Below, one piece after another: positions 1-16,717 of a DNA stretch of 59,327 nt (within the stretch, counting starts at the first letter, position 1; each line of letters starts with the position of its first letter). The DNA comes from Spirogloea muscicola (Eukaryota). The translations under genes and the position numbers were made by a program. Location: the NCBI GenBank assembly GCA_009602725.1, contig WELB01000031.1, positions 372,566-431,892 on the forward strand. The letters run 5' to 3'. Below the pieces are notes generated by a model. That model was not told the DNA's origin. It did not search any database and saw nothing but the letters and a program-made list of their open reading frames with translations.

Positions 1-1250
1 GGCGCGGCGCCTCGGCCGCGCCCTCGTGCTGGACACCGAGCTCTGCCTGCCGCCAGCGGCGGGCGGCGGCGGCGGCGGAGGCGTCGGCGACTGGCGCTCG
101 TACTACGACCTGGAGCGCCTGGAGGCGGCGGTGCCGACGGTGCGCCGCGCCGAGCTCCTGGCCCAGTGGGAGGCCTGGAACGTCTTCCACCCCAGCCGCA
201 AGGTGCAAATTCTTTAAGTAACCCATTAGACATAACAGATACCCATTAGACATAATTGTATGTTGAGACTGCTTCAAGTACATTCGATAGAAAGCCATGA
301 TGGGATCCACAAGGGTCATTGGGCCGAAGCACGCACGTCCCTCCAGAATCTGTCGTGTGTCTGACCTCTCAGAGACCTTCACTGCTCCATGTGATCAGCT
401 GATATGAGTTTCTTAATCGAGTAACATAACCTCTCATGACTCGAGTTACTCAGTATAAATCCGTCGGTAGACCTCAATATCACGATCCTGTACCATAACC
501 AAGAGCCTTGACCCCAAACTTGAAACCTTGGTCCTTCACTCAGCTTGCCGCGTGGGGCCGCCACTGGCTGCCAAGATTGTGACGTTGCGAGAGCCATGGC
601 CGCAGGTGACGGTGAGCGAAGTGGACGAGACGGTGCCGACCGCCAAGCTCGTGGGCGAGGCCACCCAGGTTGTGCGGCGGAGGATCCGGGCAGGCGGACG
701 TGGGCCAGCCGCCGTGTGCGAGGGCGATGCTGGGCTCCCCCTGCCGGCTGCGACGCTGCAGCTGGCGCCGCCGCTGGCGCGCCTCACCGACCGCATCTGC
801 CTTGCATTGCAATGGGACTTTGACGCCGTCCGTGTGCAGCGCGGCGCTCGCGCCGTCGACCACACCCGATGGCCACACCTTGACGCTGACACGCGCCCAC
901 AGGCGCTGCTGCAGATTCTCCCGCGGCTGGGGATTGCTCCAGGCCGCCGGCTCTTTGTCGCGACCGATGAGGCCGCGCCGGGCTTCTTTGACGCGCTGCG
1001 GGCGGTCTATGACGCCCGCACTCTAGCGGACTTCTCATCGCTCTGGGCAGAGGGTAGCGAGTGGTGGGCGGACGCCCGGCGCAGCGGCACTGCCGTCGCC
1101 GAGTTTGACACGCTCATGCGGACCCTCGTCGAGGGCGAGCTGGTCGCCCGCGCCCGCCGCCTGGCCAAGTCGATTGTTGTTGAGACCTTCCCGGATCTAA
1201 CATTGGACCCTCTTGATGGCGTGTCCACTCCCGATGAGCTGCCGCCCTGA
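1..1250 (+). CDS. 3' part of a plant O-fucosyltransferase-like (GT-B fold, SUB1-like) protein; exons <1-202 and 606-1250
   Basis: An in-frame join AAG|GT (203) to CAG|GTG (606) gives ...WNVFHPSRK|VTVSEVDE. The motifs WDFDAVRVQRG, WPHLDADT and RLFVATDE match this plant family. The 5' end lies outside the window. Confidence 0.65.
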
Positions 1251-2222
1251 TGCAGCCCTCACACACTACTTTTGATTGAATATACACAATTTCAGGGCTT
1301 TGTTACGTGCCTTGGCGCTTGACATTTAGAGCTGGACTACTAGGTTGGCCTTTATCTTACAACATATCGCATATGAGGGCAAGCGGCACAATTCAAGCTG
1401 AACACGAAATGAGACATCAAGTCGAGCAGCGAGGAGGTTCATGTGCTTAAGACTCAGTCTACTTCGTCCGTTACTTGATTCTGGTAGTCGCCAGTATTAG
1501 TGTACAGGACAGTGACGAGAGGGCTTGCCTTCGTGGTTAACCGAGTCTTCCAAGCTGCAGGAGCCAATGAAGCGTTCCTGATCTTTAGGAGCACAGTCAA
1601 GTGTCAATTAGTCCTTATTGGTTTCGGTTGCTGGGGTTTAGAGACAATTTTAGATATGCAACACTCTTGAGTGCTTATAGCCTTCTTCTTTCTTGATGCA
1701 GCTTTTCGCCCTGGACCTTTGTCACAGCTCGACGTTTTAGTGTACATATCTTTTGGTGTTACAAAGACGTTGGCTGTTACATCGAGTGCCTTGAGGGTGG
1801 GCCGTCAAAAGCGAGGCGCTATCTTTGAGAGCGATCGGCATTCTCCTCCTGTTGAGCAGAAAGAGAGGCACCTGAGAGGCCAGCGTCTGAGCAGCAGAGG
1901 CCAACCTGCAGCTTCATGGCGACTCGATTGGACGTCGCAAGTGCATGACAAAGAGTCTTGCATGTCTTTCCACACCTTTCTCCACATGCATGGCTCAGCT
2001 GTTGCTTTTGCTTTGCTTGCTTATGTGAACCGAAACAACACCAGCACTGTGGCCACATTTGCCCCTTTTGCCTCAGTAAGTAGCTGACTTTCCTCAGTGT
2101 GGAGCTTAAAGGCGGCTGAATGCATCAGTGTGCAGCCACCAAGTGAGTTTGTTTGTCAAATATTGTGCAGGTTAGGGACTAGCCTGCCAGCCAAGACCGA
2201 GCTGCCTCGCCTGGCCTGCACC

Positions 2223-3361
2223 TCAGACGCGTTTTTGTGCAAACAGCTGCGCGCCGAGGTGGACGGAGAGCGAAAGGGTGCAGGCAAGTTCCACGAGCAG
2301 GCCAATAACGTACGTCCTGCACCTCATACAAGCCGTTCAGACAACGAGCAGCATTTACACAACCATATATGAGGCGGGAACAGCATATCTGCTAATCTCT
2401 GGAGCACTCTAATGCTACCACCGCCGTGCCATAAATGCAATCCAAAGATGGGGTACTAGCTGGACAAGCGAAGCCCCTGCACAAAGGCGACAGCGACGAG
2501 CGTCGCTCGCCCGCCTCCGCCCGAAAGGCGCTTGCTTGGATCCCCCTGAGAGTAGCCGGCAAAGTAGAAGAAGCGACCCAAGAGGTAGAGCACGCCGCCA
2601 ATAGTTGCCGTATACGGGTGCTGCATGCGGCGCTTATGCAGAAACATCAAATAGTCGATCAAGTACACGGGTTTTGATTGAGACCACGGTCAGAAATCGA
2701 TAATGCCATTTTCCAAGCCAATGGAAAATGCGTGGCACCCATTCTTGGGCCTGCCACCAGGCGCATGCCAGCAATGGCGGCGGCGCCTGACCTGCAGGCC
2801 TCCGAGTACGAGGAGGACGAGGAACTGCGGAAGGATCTCGAGCGCCTGCTGGTGGCCGCGCTGGAGAAGTCGCGGAGGGGGCCGGATCAGAAAGAGCGAC
2901 AACCACGGCAGAACCAGGCTTGTGACGGGCGGCGCCAAGATGCGACTGTGGTGGCAGCTGCGGCTGCGGCGGCGGCGGCAGCGGCGGCGGCGGAAGCGGC
3001 GCACCTGGACGCAGTTGAACTCCTTGAACTGCTTGCTGTCAGTCTCGGTGGCGTACATGATCGGCAGGTTCACGCCGTACCTGGACCGCCGCCAGTCGTC
3101 GGTCAGCAAGCGGCGGCGGCGGCGGCGGCGGCGGCGGGAGCGGAATCCGGGGTCGCCGGCCCCGATCAGCGGGGCGCGGGCAGCGGCGGAGGGCACGGCG
3201 GCGGGGGTGCTGCACCGGGAGCGGGCGGCGATGACTTGCGAGCCCAGCCACAGGTGGAAGACGACGGCGAGCGCGGCGATGAGCGCCACGCCGCCAAAGG
3301 CAGGGTCCAGCAGCAGCGCGGCGCCCGCGGCGCCGGCGGGGGTTTGCGCGACGGCATCCAT
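2223..3361 (-). CDS. MGST3: MAPEG family microsomal glutathione S-transferase 3-like, 5 exons
   Basis: Exon peptides: VIAARSR / YGVNLPIMYA..FNCVQ / RGHQQALEILPQFLVLLVLGGLQ / HPYTATIGGVLYLLGRFFYFAGYSQGDPSKRLSG / TYVIGLL...KRV*. FNCxQRGHQ and YxxGDPxKR are MGST3 signatures. Confidence 0.9.
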
Positions 3362-3429
3362 GGCGGCGGCGGCGGCGGCGGCAATCGATCAGAGCTGCTG
3401 GTCGAGGGAGCTGCGGAGCCAGCTGGAGC

Positions 3430-3610
3430 CACGTCGCAGGTGCCACGTCACGTGCACGGATGCTGACATGGAGAGTGCCTCTCGAGGCGGGCTTGCCACG
3501 TGGCACCGCTATGTTGATTTGGTTGGTGCACTAGGTGACGGTATCTCAGTGAGACCGTTCGATATTGCCGAGGTGGCAATGAGAGCACGCGAGGGAGCTG
3601 ACGTGGAAGT
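3430..3610. promoter_or_regulatory. Cluster of ACGT-core G-box/ABRE-like motifs in the divergent MGST3/SET intergenic region
   Basis: GCCACGT at about 3428 and 3443, CACGTG at about 3449, palindromic TGCCACGTGGCA at 3494-3505 and GACGTGG at about 3600. Confidence 0.35.
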
Positions 3611-4027
3611 CCCCTCGCGACGGGCCCGCCACACTGTCCGTTGGTGCTCTCTGGTTGGTGCCGCTAAGTGACGGTGTCTCGGACCTCGTCTTGGGGATGC
3701 CGAGGTGGCGATGACGTGTGCTCTGATTTGCCACTCAGCTGACCAGCCAGCTGAGCTGGCGGGGGGGGGCATCCCCGCCTCTCCCCCGGCACCAGAACCT
3801 CACCGCGGGGCGCGGGAAGAACCCCCGCGCCCGAAGGTGTACGAGGAGATCCGGCGCATAATGTATCCTTGGCGCGTGGCCATCTGCGTATGCGCGGATT
3901 GGACGCCCATGGGGCTCCAGGTACGGTGTCCCTCCGTAATCTACAACACCATTGGTGTTTGAGTTGCCTTTTCAAAACCAGCGTACCGTAACCTGCAGAG
4001 TTTCTCCCCCGCACACGCCGCCGCCAT

Positions 4028-4060
<33 letters not shown>

Positions 4061-4117
4061 CGGAGCCGTATTGTTTGCCGTAGAGGCGGGTGGACAGGCG
4101 GCTGCCAGCGATAAGAG

Positions 4118-7100
4118 ATGGGATTCCAGCAGCAGGGGCGCCGGCGCCGGGGATGCCGCGAGGGCCCTGGGCTGGTGGTTCTTCTGCTGGTCGCAGCAGC
4201 GGCGGCAATGGCGGCGGCAGCGGCGGCGGCGGCGGCGGCGGTGGCGGCGGCAGCGACGACAGACACTTCTGCCAGTGTAAGCGAGACGGTATGCGAGCGG
4301 CGGGCGGGCCAGCAGGGGCAAGGCGCTCGTGCCCGAGCTCTGCCTCATGTCAACAGGCACATGCTCTAGGCTTGCTTGCCGACGTCGATGACACGGGCCG
4401 CTCCCTGCGGCCGTTTGACGTCAGCCCGGAAGCGGTGTGAGAGATTGCACAGTGGCAGCAGAGGCGGAGGCATGCCTTGTCGCATTGCAGTGCCTGGTCT
4501 TAAGGTGATCTGCGCCTCGGCAATGCAGGCGGGCCAGAAGGTGGTTGAGACGAGGCCCACAGTGCGAGATCCGGATGCAGCGGGCGCTCCTCCAAGCGCC
4601 CTGGCCAAGGTACGCCACGGAGCACCTCCAAATCATTTCTGCGTACAGGGAATGCCCCCTGTTTAGAATGATTGAAGAAGCTGGCAGATGCTGCATGTGT
4701 CATTTCTATTTCTGTCACGGCCCTTTATGAGCTTCCATAGCAACTAGGTATAAGTCACCAATTGACAGCTTCTCCAGCATTCTAACCGACTAAGTTATCA
4801 TCCATTTGATGCCACTGTTGTCCAGTTCCTTACTTGGTGCAAGATCAATGGGCTGACGATGAGCAACAAAAGCAGCATACAGCCTGATCCAGATTGCAGG
4901 AGGAGAGGTCTATATGCAGTTGATGATATCTCTCAGGGCGAAAGCTTGTTCATTATACCGGTGAGTGGTACGATCCCGCCCACAGCTCGGTAGCTGTGTC
5001 GGAAGTCTGTCAAACAATGGCAAGGCCCTGGAGAAGATTGTTGAGTGCCTCTGTGGTTTTCATGACCAGTTGAGGCTTGGCCTATATCTCAGACAACCAA
5101 GTGAGGAGCATAGCGACGCTCTACCGGGGTGGGCAGAAGTTGCTCAACTCCTACTCCATGAGCTGTAAGTTCCTTATCCAACCCGGTACTAGCCCTCTGT
5201 CACACTTGGCCCGCAACAGCTAGCGTAAGCTCCATGTAGTGGCTCACAGTGTTATAGACTGAGCTCAGTCCTGCTCACGTGCTTGAGTTGCTCTATAAAA
5301 CAGTGCTATAACAGCCTCTTATTGTCGCCTACATCAGTTGCATAGGCTTAGCAGAACTTTGTGACATCAATGCACATACATCACTTGAAAGGCAGGGTAT
5401 GATCATGTTGTACATTGGACCTCTTTCCAGAGCAGAAGGAGAGCAGTCACACTGGGCACCTTATTTGAACATTCTTCCAAGACAAGTACCCTTGCCAATC
5501 TTCCTACGACCTGAGGTTGGTCAATACTACACACAGTCCATCTTATTTGTAGAGAATGTAAGCCACTGTCAGGAGCAGGGTGCAAGACAGGTTCATAGAG
5601 GTCATTGTGCAGGTTGTGGAGATGCTCTGCATGTGCGCTTCCACGAGCCCCTGCGCCTTCCATGTTCTGCAGGATGTTAAAGACGTTCAGTGGCACCACA
5701 TGATTGAGAAAATTGAGCAGATAAGGAAGAGTGTTACTGAAGCATACGATCTGCTTGCTCCTCTGAAAGCCGCAACACTTGACGACTTTGGTGAGTCCAC
5801 GTCACATCACCTCATAAGCATATATATAGTCTATGCTACAGGTGGGTTCATCTACATATGTGAATGTCCTTTGGCTCTCATTTGAGCAAGCATGGCTTAT
5901 CGTTCTTGTGACTTCACATTTTGCTATACAAAAGGCATTTGTACCGCTTCTTGCGTTTCTGAGCACGGCCAAGTGTTGCACTCCACTGATGCCAGAGGCG
6001 GGGTGGCAGAGTGGGCTGCATCCATGGTATTCAGCCGTGCATTTACTTTGCCGGTCGGAGGGGGTGCCGACTTTCAAGACTTTGTTATGATGCCATTCAT
6101 GGACATGATCAATCACCATCATGACAACAATGTAAGAATGTGAATATGGATTGAGCTGTACGTTGCTGCTCACTATAGAAGTTCCTTCTTTACAGATCTT
6201 GACATGCCAGCAATGCAGCACAATATGCTAGCCCAGAGGACGATGGCTTTGCAAACTTCTGCAAGTGGACAGTGTTGTTCTCCATCTTAAGTGGTTCCAT
6301 AGTAACCGTGATGGCAATGTGCAGGCAGATTGGATGTCCCAACCGGTAGTGCATGGCAGGCTGGAGATTGTTGCCAAGAGGAGCATCAAAAGGGGTCAAG
6401 AAATATATACGTCCTTTGGACCACGGCCCAATGACAACCTTTTTCTTTATTATGGTATGTTTGCGCAGCATTGACAGGGCCCCGATTTTGTGGGGCCTAT
6501 TGTTTCAGTGGATGCTGTGGACAATAACAAGCTCCTACGACACATGTCAGTGACAGCTACTAGCTCTCATTCACCTGGGTAGCAGCAGACTAGGTCAGTC
6601 ATATAGCCGCGTTCAGTAGACAGACCAATAGAGATTGAGATCAGGTGCAGATGTACTGTAACGCTCATCTGTACCTCTTGCAATAGGTTTTCTGCAAGAA
6701 GAGAACCCATTTGACATCCTTCATATTTTCCAGGATATGGAGGTAAGCAATTACTAGCAATCAAGATGCGTAGCATGTTGGTGCCTCAATACAAGATCGA
6801 GGGTACTCGCACAAAGCAGTTGCCAGCAACCTTGCAGACTGCAGCTAACTGTGTTACCCGTGCTTCGTTGTGACTTGTGCTGCCACAGGAGGCTGTTGGG
6901 TGGTTCTTAGACAAATTCGACAATTACTGCTCCAATTACGGTGACGTTGGAGGTCAATTTGGCACGGTAGACCATTCCGATGTCCTGCAGTGCAAGGGCC
7001 TGAGGAAGGACCTTGGGTGGGCCGCAGCACAACGCGCCATGGAGGTGGACAAAGTGGGGCAGCTGCCAGGCGCTCAGGCAGCGGTGTGGTGGGAGCTCGT

Positions 7101-7653
7101 CAACATGTGGGGGGATCTGGGTTACGAGTACCTGCCATACCGTCCGGGGCCGGGAGTCCGGACTGGCGGAGTCGTGGACCCAGCCCTGCTGGCGGCCTTC
7201 GCTGTGCTGCACAAGCTGGTCGAAAGCAACGGATCGCAGTGCAATGCGACACACTTACTAACATCGCAGGACATGAAAGACCAGATGTGGGAGGAGACCT
7301 CTGGTGAGGAGGAGCAGGACGAGGGTGCCGACAAGGCGACATGGGAGAGCGACGATGAAAGCCTGCAGCAGAGCGCAGCAAAGGACGAGTGCGAGCCCCC
7401 ATTCACGCTGCACGAGGTCGACCTAGCAGGGGCTGCCGTTGCTCAGCGGTGCAGTGAGATCCTGCAGAGCATGCCAACGTCGCTGGATGAGGACCTGCAA
7501 ATTCTGGCTGCTTTGCAGAGCACAGAGGATGGTGTTACGCCACTTGCAGATCGCGCGCTCGCACTAGCTGTTCAATACCGGATCTCCAACAAGTTGCTCC
7601 TAGCCAAGGCCATTGCAGCAGCATCCAAAGCAGACGAGGTGCTTGAGCTGTAG
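4118..7653 (+). CDS. SET-domain protein lysine methyltransferase, Rubisco-LSMT/SETD3-like, multi-exon; start uncertain
   Basis: Exons encode FLTWCKING..RRGLYAVDDISQGESLFIIP, SHWAPYLNILP, WAASMVFSRAF..MPFMDMINH and IKRGQEIYTSFGPRPNDNLFLYYG|FLQEENPFD. The C-terminal MPTSLDEDLQIL..LAVQYRISNKLLL resembles the LSMT substrate-binding domain. Confidence 0.85.
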
Positions 7654-8099
7654 AAACTTGACCGTCATTCATATGGGGTGCTGCTATTTTGTCTCTGCAC
7701 TTGCGCTACCTTGCTGTCATAGCTTCACAAGGAGCTTCGCTGGAAAGGCCCCACCCTGTGAGCAACATGTGTACATATTTATGGAAGTATCGACGGGTCA
7801 ACACCAAGGTTCACTCTCTACTGATTCTCCTGCCTGAATTTTGATGCTTCTCGGCCCTGGCAGGGCCGAGAAGCATGCATACTGTCCCTGCGCTTTTTGA
7901 AAGCAGATGTTGCTTTCTTAAGGATCTGCAGATGCAGGTGTCACAGAGGGCAAGTGTATGCAAGGGGCCATACTTTGCCGGCACATTACATGTCCTGGTA
8001 AAGCAGATTGAGACCGGACATGGACATTAAATTAAGAGCCTTACATGAAGCCATCACCTTGGCCTGCCAGTGGCTCAAACGTGCTGGCTTTGGCCGACA

Positions 8100-11000
8100 T
8101 TAAAGCGGCTCATCACTTAGAAAACGGGTGAGCATCGCAAGTGCCTCGGCTGGCTTGTACTCAGGCACAGTGTGGCCGGCGCCCTTGACGGTTGCAAACG
8201 TCAGGCCGTGTGCATAGCGGCGGGTGAAGCCCGCCACCTGGTCGCCCACAAACCAGGGCCGCCAGTGGTCGGTGACGCGGTACCCAAGCGACCGCGTCCA
8301 GCTCTCCGTACCCGTGTATGGCACGCACATGTCGTGATCGCCACTGCGGCATTCCCACCGTCGTTGTTTTACTAGCAACACCAAAGGTGGCAATACTGGT
8401 TCTGATATGCAGCCTATATCTGTATGTGCTGGTTTTATAGGTGAATAATGTGTAGATGCAAGAATGGAACAACCAAAGTTCCAAACTTTGTCTCGGCTGG
8501 TTATGGCCAATGAGTTAGAAGTCTCCGTGAAAGGCTGCCAAGTATATGGGACATCAAGCAGATGAGGCATTGAGCGGATTATGCAGTTAATGGCTTTACC
8601 TGTAAATGAGGGCACGGAAACCGGCGAGCGTGAGGCTCCGGTGCTTAGGGATCATGCTGCCGGCATTGTGCTCGTACCGAAGGCCTTGTGTGCACAGCTG
8701 CCACCTTCCTATCTCAGCAGCCTGCAGAAAAAGGATCGAGAACATGAGAGAGGCTCGAAGCTGCAAGATCGGCAGCCCTGAGTGTCCTCAATAAGGACCT
8801 TCCTTCTAAATTGCGGTATTCTGTTTCATAACATGCAATGGAGGTCCTATCAACTTGAAATGAAGAGACAACATTTTTTCTGATTAATGCCAGGTACATT
8901 TGCAACAAGCTCACAGGGCGGGCGTGCAGGGCGCGCCGGACATCTGGATCATTTAGCCAGAGGGTAGCCACGACGTCGTCGAAGCATGGGACATATGGTG
9001 AACCAAGCCCGACAACGCTTGACACGTTGGCCCTCTCGCCGCCTCCATTGTCACCGCCAGCGGACTTGCCCACCTGTCGTTGCGCGAGCTCTGGCCACAT
9101 GGGCACACGGCCCGGCCGCACCGGCGACTTGAGCGGCCATGCTCGCCCAGCCATGCGTGTCCGCACCGGCAGCGCACGTGGATTGCTCCTCCCTAGACCT
9201 GCTCCCTCGGGAAATCAGATCGTGAATGGAAATGCATTAGCTCGCCCATTGATAATGAAGCAAAGGGCTGCAGTGCAGGAGCGAAACGAAGCGTCCAGTG
9301 GGTAGCGGATGGAAAGTTCGATGCTTTGTCGTACTTATTAATTACTGCTAAGCATCATGCTGATCTTTGAGTACACATGTACAATCATGCGGTTGTGCAC
9401 CACCTCATCTGAAAGTATTTCACTTTGGAGCAGCAAGAGAGGAGACCGGAGCAGGGGAAGAGGAAAGCTGTAGCACCAATGAAGCTGGAGGGGAGCTTGA
9501 TGTCACTACCGCCGTCGCCGCTGCCGCCGCTGGCCCGAGGCTCCTTGTCGTCGTGGAAGCAAGGCTCGAGAATATCATAGATGTCTAGGTCGGCCACCTC
9601 CTGTGGCGGGACAGGAAAGCTCTGCTGCAGCTTACTAAGGGCCGATTTACACCGGGACGGACAGACGCGGCCGAGGGGTACGTGTCTCGCGGTGTGGATC
9701 GTTTGGGGTCAAACTTTTGCCAAGTCGAGGCCAACTCGAGGCCAATTTGCGTCCGTCCGTCCCGGTGTAAATTGGCTCTAAGAAGGCTTCACATTGCTGA
9801 CTGGCGATGCTGTTTTGCGACTAGCAGTCAGCTGCCACATTTCTCAGCCAATTGGCCACTTGGCTAGCAATCATGCACTGCCGTTGAGGTAATACAGAGA
9901 TTACCAGGCATTGATGTACCTAACAACTCTCAATGTCTAAAGTAATGTACCTTACAAATCTCAACGTCTGAGATCAAACATCATGGCCAAAGCTGAGCCT
10001 CAGGACGTAGAATGCGATGCCTACAATTGATGCTCAGTGACCAACTCAAGAGCAAGGAGTTGCAGAACAGGGACTGACCTCATAGAGATGGTCGAGCAGG
10101 GCAAGGCAGGCGCCGGTTGCATTCCAGTAGCTCCCGTGGCATGCCTTCTCCAGCTTCTGTGCCGCCACAACCGAAAAGGGGCGCATGTTGTAGGACAACA
10201 CGGACGTGGCTTAGGCAAGCAAACACCGCCAGTCTGTTACACTGCTCTTGAGTTGGTGAGCCAGAGCAATGCCGGCATACATCGTGGAGTGGATTGTGAC
10301 AAGCCTGTTTCACAATATTGCAGCTGCTTTAGGTGGCAGCCAGCGTAAGACACAAATTTCTCTAATTAATTGCAAATATTTGAAGAGGTGGACGGGCCGA
10401 GAGCAAGAAGCTCCGCATGGCCTGCTCCTGACAAAACAGGGGGACGGTACATAATGCTGGCTTGTTGAGTAGAATGCACATTGACTATGTTCCGTTAAGA
10501 GTCAGGATGAGGGTTCACAACATGGTCCAAGCGTTCAGGTGCACAATCATCTAAGGACCAGGGCGTGCATGAATGAGGAGGATGGAAGGGCGAGAACCTC
10601 ATAGAGATCGATGCTGATGAGACCCATGCCGTAAGCAAAAGGGACGATCGCGTTGCCGTCGAAAACCTCATCTGTGCAGCCGTTGCCCACCATGTAGCCC
10701 TGCACCACCAGCACGTTTGTTGACCCGTGCTTATCAGCCATTGCTGGCGAGAAGCGGTTGGCGGCAATAGCCCTGTTATTGTGCATCCTTTTTGGCCGAG
10801 TCTACGCTACAGGTCACAAATAAATTTGCAAGCGCAGAGCACCCTCGCAGTCAACAATCAAGTGCAGAGGCAGGATGCTGTGCAATCATTGTTATCTCAT
10901 GGCCAAGATCTCTGCTTTATGATCTACAGAAAGCTGAGACGAAGTGCAGTGGCTAAAGTCGTCAATTGACCTGGAAATTGATACGCGGCTGCACACCCTC

Positions 11001-12859
11001 GTGGATGCCTGCAGAGCTTTCGTTGAACAAAGATCACGTCATATTAGACAAGTCCGGGGCGCACGCTGCCGGACGGCATCGAGCCCATTTAAGCCATGAA
11101 AAGACCGAGCAGGCAACCCTCTGCCAGCAGCAGAGGCTCACCTTTGGCCACCTCCCAGGCAATCATTGGCACGTATATGCCGCCGTACGACTCGCCCGCC
11201 ACATAGAATGGGTTGCCTTGAAACTCTGGGAATGCATGCAGCCACTGCAGGAGGAGAGAGGGAGCGCAATGGGTTTCAATATCAAGCATCCTGTTACTAA
11301 GTTGTCATCTTTCCTTGCAACTCTGGCCCAGTAATGCTGCTCGATACACAGACGGTCAGATGATCAAATTGCAGACCTTCAGGAGGAACTCGTGGAGGTC
11401 GCGAGCAGTCTGGAAGTCGTCAGTCTCACAGTCAGCGCGGGAGGTCGAGTAGGAGAAGCCCACACACGCTGGAGAGTCGACGTAGAGGATGCTCGCAATC
11501 TGGCGCCGGCAAGCTCAGCAAGGATGGCAGTTAGCAAGTAGATGAGTTCAGTTAGCCGGCGGTGGAGAGCTCAAGGACGGGCATTTGCTACCGGGCGGTC
11601 TTGAACCCTTGACCCGTGGAAGGCCTGGAACCAAATGTCAATCTGCACCAAGACCCACAACCCCAAGCCTTCACTGATCTGAGCCCAGGCCACGAAGCTC
11701 TCAGGAATTTGAGCAGCGCAGCGGCGCACCGTGGACCAGGCGAAGGGGTTGGCGACGAGCGTGGGGAGGGTGCCGGCCTCTGCGCCCGGCACGAAGTTGA
11801 ACGGCCCTGGCATGCAGCGGCGGCTGCGGCGTCATGAGAATCGGGACCAGGGCCTCGGAGCTGTGGGCCTCAAAGAGCCTATGACACCTCGTGACAGAAG
11901 CCGCAGTCATGGCCCAGCTTCTACTAACTGGGGTTCGCAAGATGCTGAAGTTATGAGTAAGGAGAGCTTCAGTGATTTTCATTGTAGGAACCTATGCTCA
12001 TGATTTCAGGTTCTGATAGTCACAGTAAGGGATTGGATGTTTTGGCTTCTCAGGCATCTGAGTTGAGATTGTTTGGGGTTTAGAGAGAATCAGGGTTTAA
12101 AGGGTTCAAGGGTTTCGGGTTCAGGGTTTAGGCACAGGAGGGGCGGTGCAGCAACTGCAGCAGCAGCAGTACCGTGCTCGTACACCCAGCCGTCGAAGCT
12201 GGAGCAGCCCGGCCCGCCGTTGAGCCAGAGGATGAGCGCATCATCCGAAGGCGCGCGCTGCGACTCCGCCAAGTAGTAGTAGAGCTGCCGGTAGCCGCCG
12301 CCGACAGCCACATACCTGGAGCATAGAGAAAGAGAAAGGTCAACTTCATCCATAATATTTGAGACTTTCTCTATGATATTAATGTTGAAAGACCGCCACG
12401 TACCTGGAGAAAAGAGAGACAGCAAGTTCAGCTTTCTCCTACTCACGAAGTCAAAAGCCTCTCTGAATGCCTCATGTGAAACGTTTCTCTGGCGGTCGGA
12501 TGAGCAGCGGCGGCAGCAGCGGCGGCGGCTATGGCGGCGCCGGTCGCGGCGGCGCTGGCTGCGCGGAAGAGGCGTGCTTTTGGATTTGAGGTCTGGGGGT
12601 TTAGGTTTGGGTTTAGGGTTAGGGGTTAGGGTTAAGGTCAGGGTTAAGGAATTAGGGGTTTGGGGGGTCAGGGTTTAGCGTCGCACCCGGCGTAGTGGCG
12701 GGAGGCGAACTCGCCGCCATGGAAGCCTGGGAGCGCCGTCACCTCCCGCCTCTCGACGGCAGGGCCGCCGCCGCCGCCGTGCCGAGCCGCCGCGCCGGCA
12801 GCCGCCAGCACCAGCGCGGCGAAGACGGCAGCGGCGGCGGCCGAAGCCCGCGCCGCCAT
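8100..12859 (-). CDS. Serine carboxypeptidase-like protein (peptidase S10, clade I/SCPL20-like), multi-exon, with signal peptide
   Basis: Hydrophobic N-terminus, then [40 protein letters not shown] and [10 protein letters not shown] (catalytic Ser). Later motifs are [18 protein letters not shown] (Asp) and [14 protein letters not shown] (His). Confidence 0.95.
9639..9778. mobile_element. PIF/Harbinger (Tourist-like) MITE in an SCPL intron
   Basis: Imperfect TIRs of about 30 bp (GGGCCGATTTACACCGGGACGGACAGACGC / GCGTCCGTCCGTCCCGGTGTAAATTGGCTC), flanked by a TAA TSD at 9636-9638 and 9779-9781. Confidence 0.85.
12590..12678. repeat. Degenerate telomere-like (TTAGGG/TTTAGGG; telo-box) tract in the first SCPL intron
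   Basis: GGGTTTAGGGTTAGGGGTTAGGGTTAAGG... Weaker tracts occur at about 12070-12130 and 53455-53490. Confidence 0.6.
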
Positions 12860-12883
12860 GGCGGCAGAGGGTCCCCCGGCCTC

Positions 12884-13139
12884 NNNNNNNNNNNNNNNNN
12901 NNNNNNNNNNNNNNNNNNNNNNNNNNNNNNNNNNNNNNNNNNNNNNNNNNNNNNNNNNNNNNNNNNNNNNNNNNNNNNNNNNNNNNNNNNNNNNNNNNNN
13001 NNNNNNNNNNNNNNNNNNNNNNNNNNNNNNNNNNNNNNNNNNNNNNNNNNNNNNNNNNNNNNNNNNNNNNNNNNNNNNNNNNNNNNNNNNNNNNNNNNNN
13101 NNNNNNNNNNNNNNNNNNNNNNNNNNNNNNNNNNNNNNN
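12884..13139. other. Assembly gap; hides the IMDH start and the SCPL/IMDH divergent promoter
   Basis: Run of N. Confidence 1.

Positions 13140-16717
<3,578 letters not shown>

Noticed and set aside
220..255. ACCCATTAGACATAA duplicated in intron 1
   Set aside because: Simple local tandem duplication with no further structure.
2678..4440. Many overlapping Ala/Arg/Gly/Pro-rich ORFs (also at 48.6-49.4 kb and 52.6-53.3 kb)
   Set aside because: Shadow frames of GC-rich exons and (GGC)n microsatellites.
12590..12678. True telomere or chromosome fusion site
   Set aside because: Short, degenerate and inside a first intron, so better explained as telo-box-like sequence.
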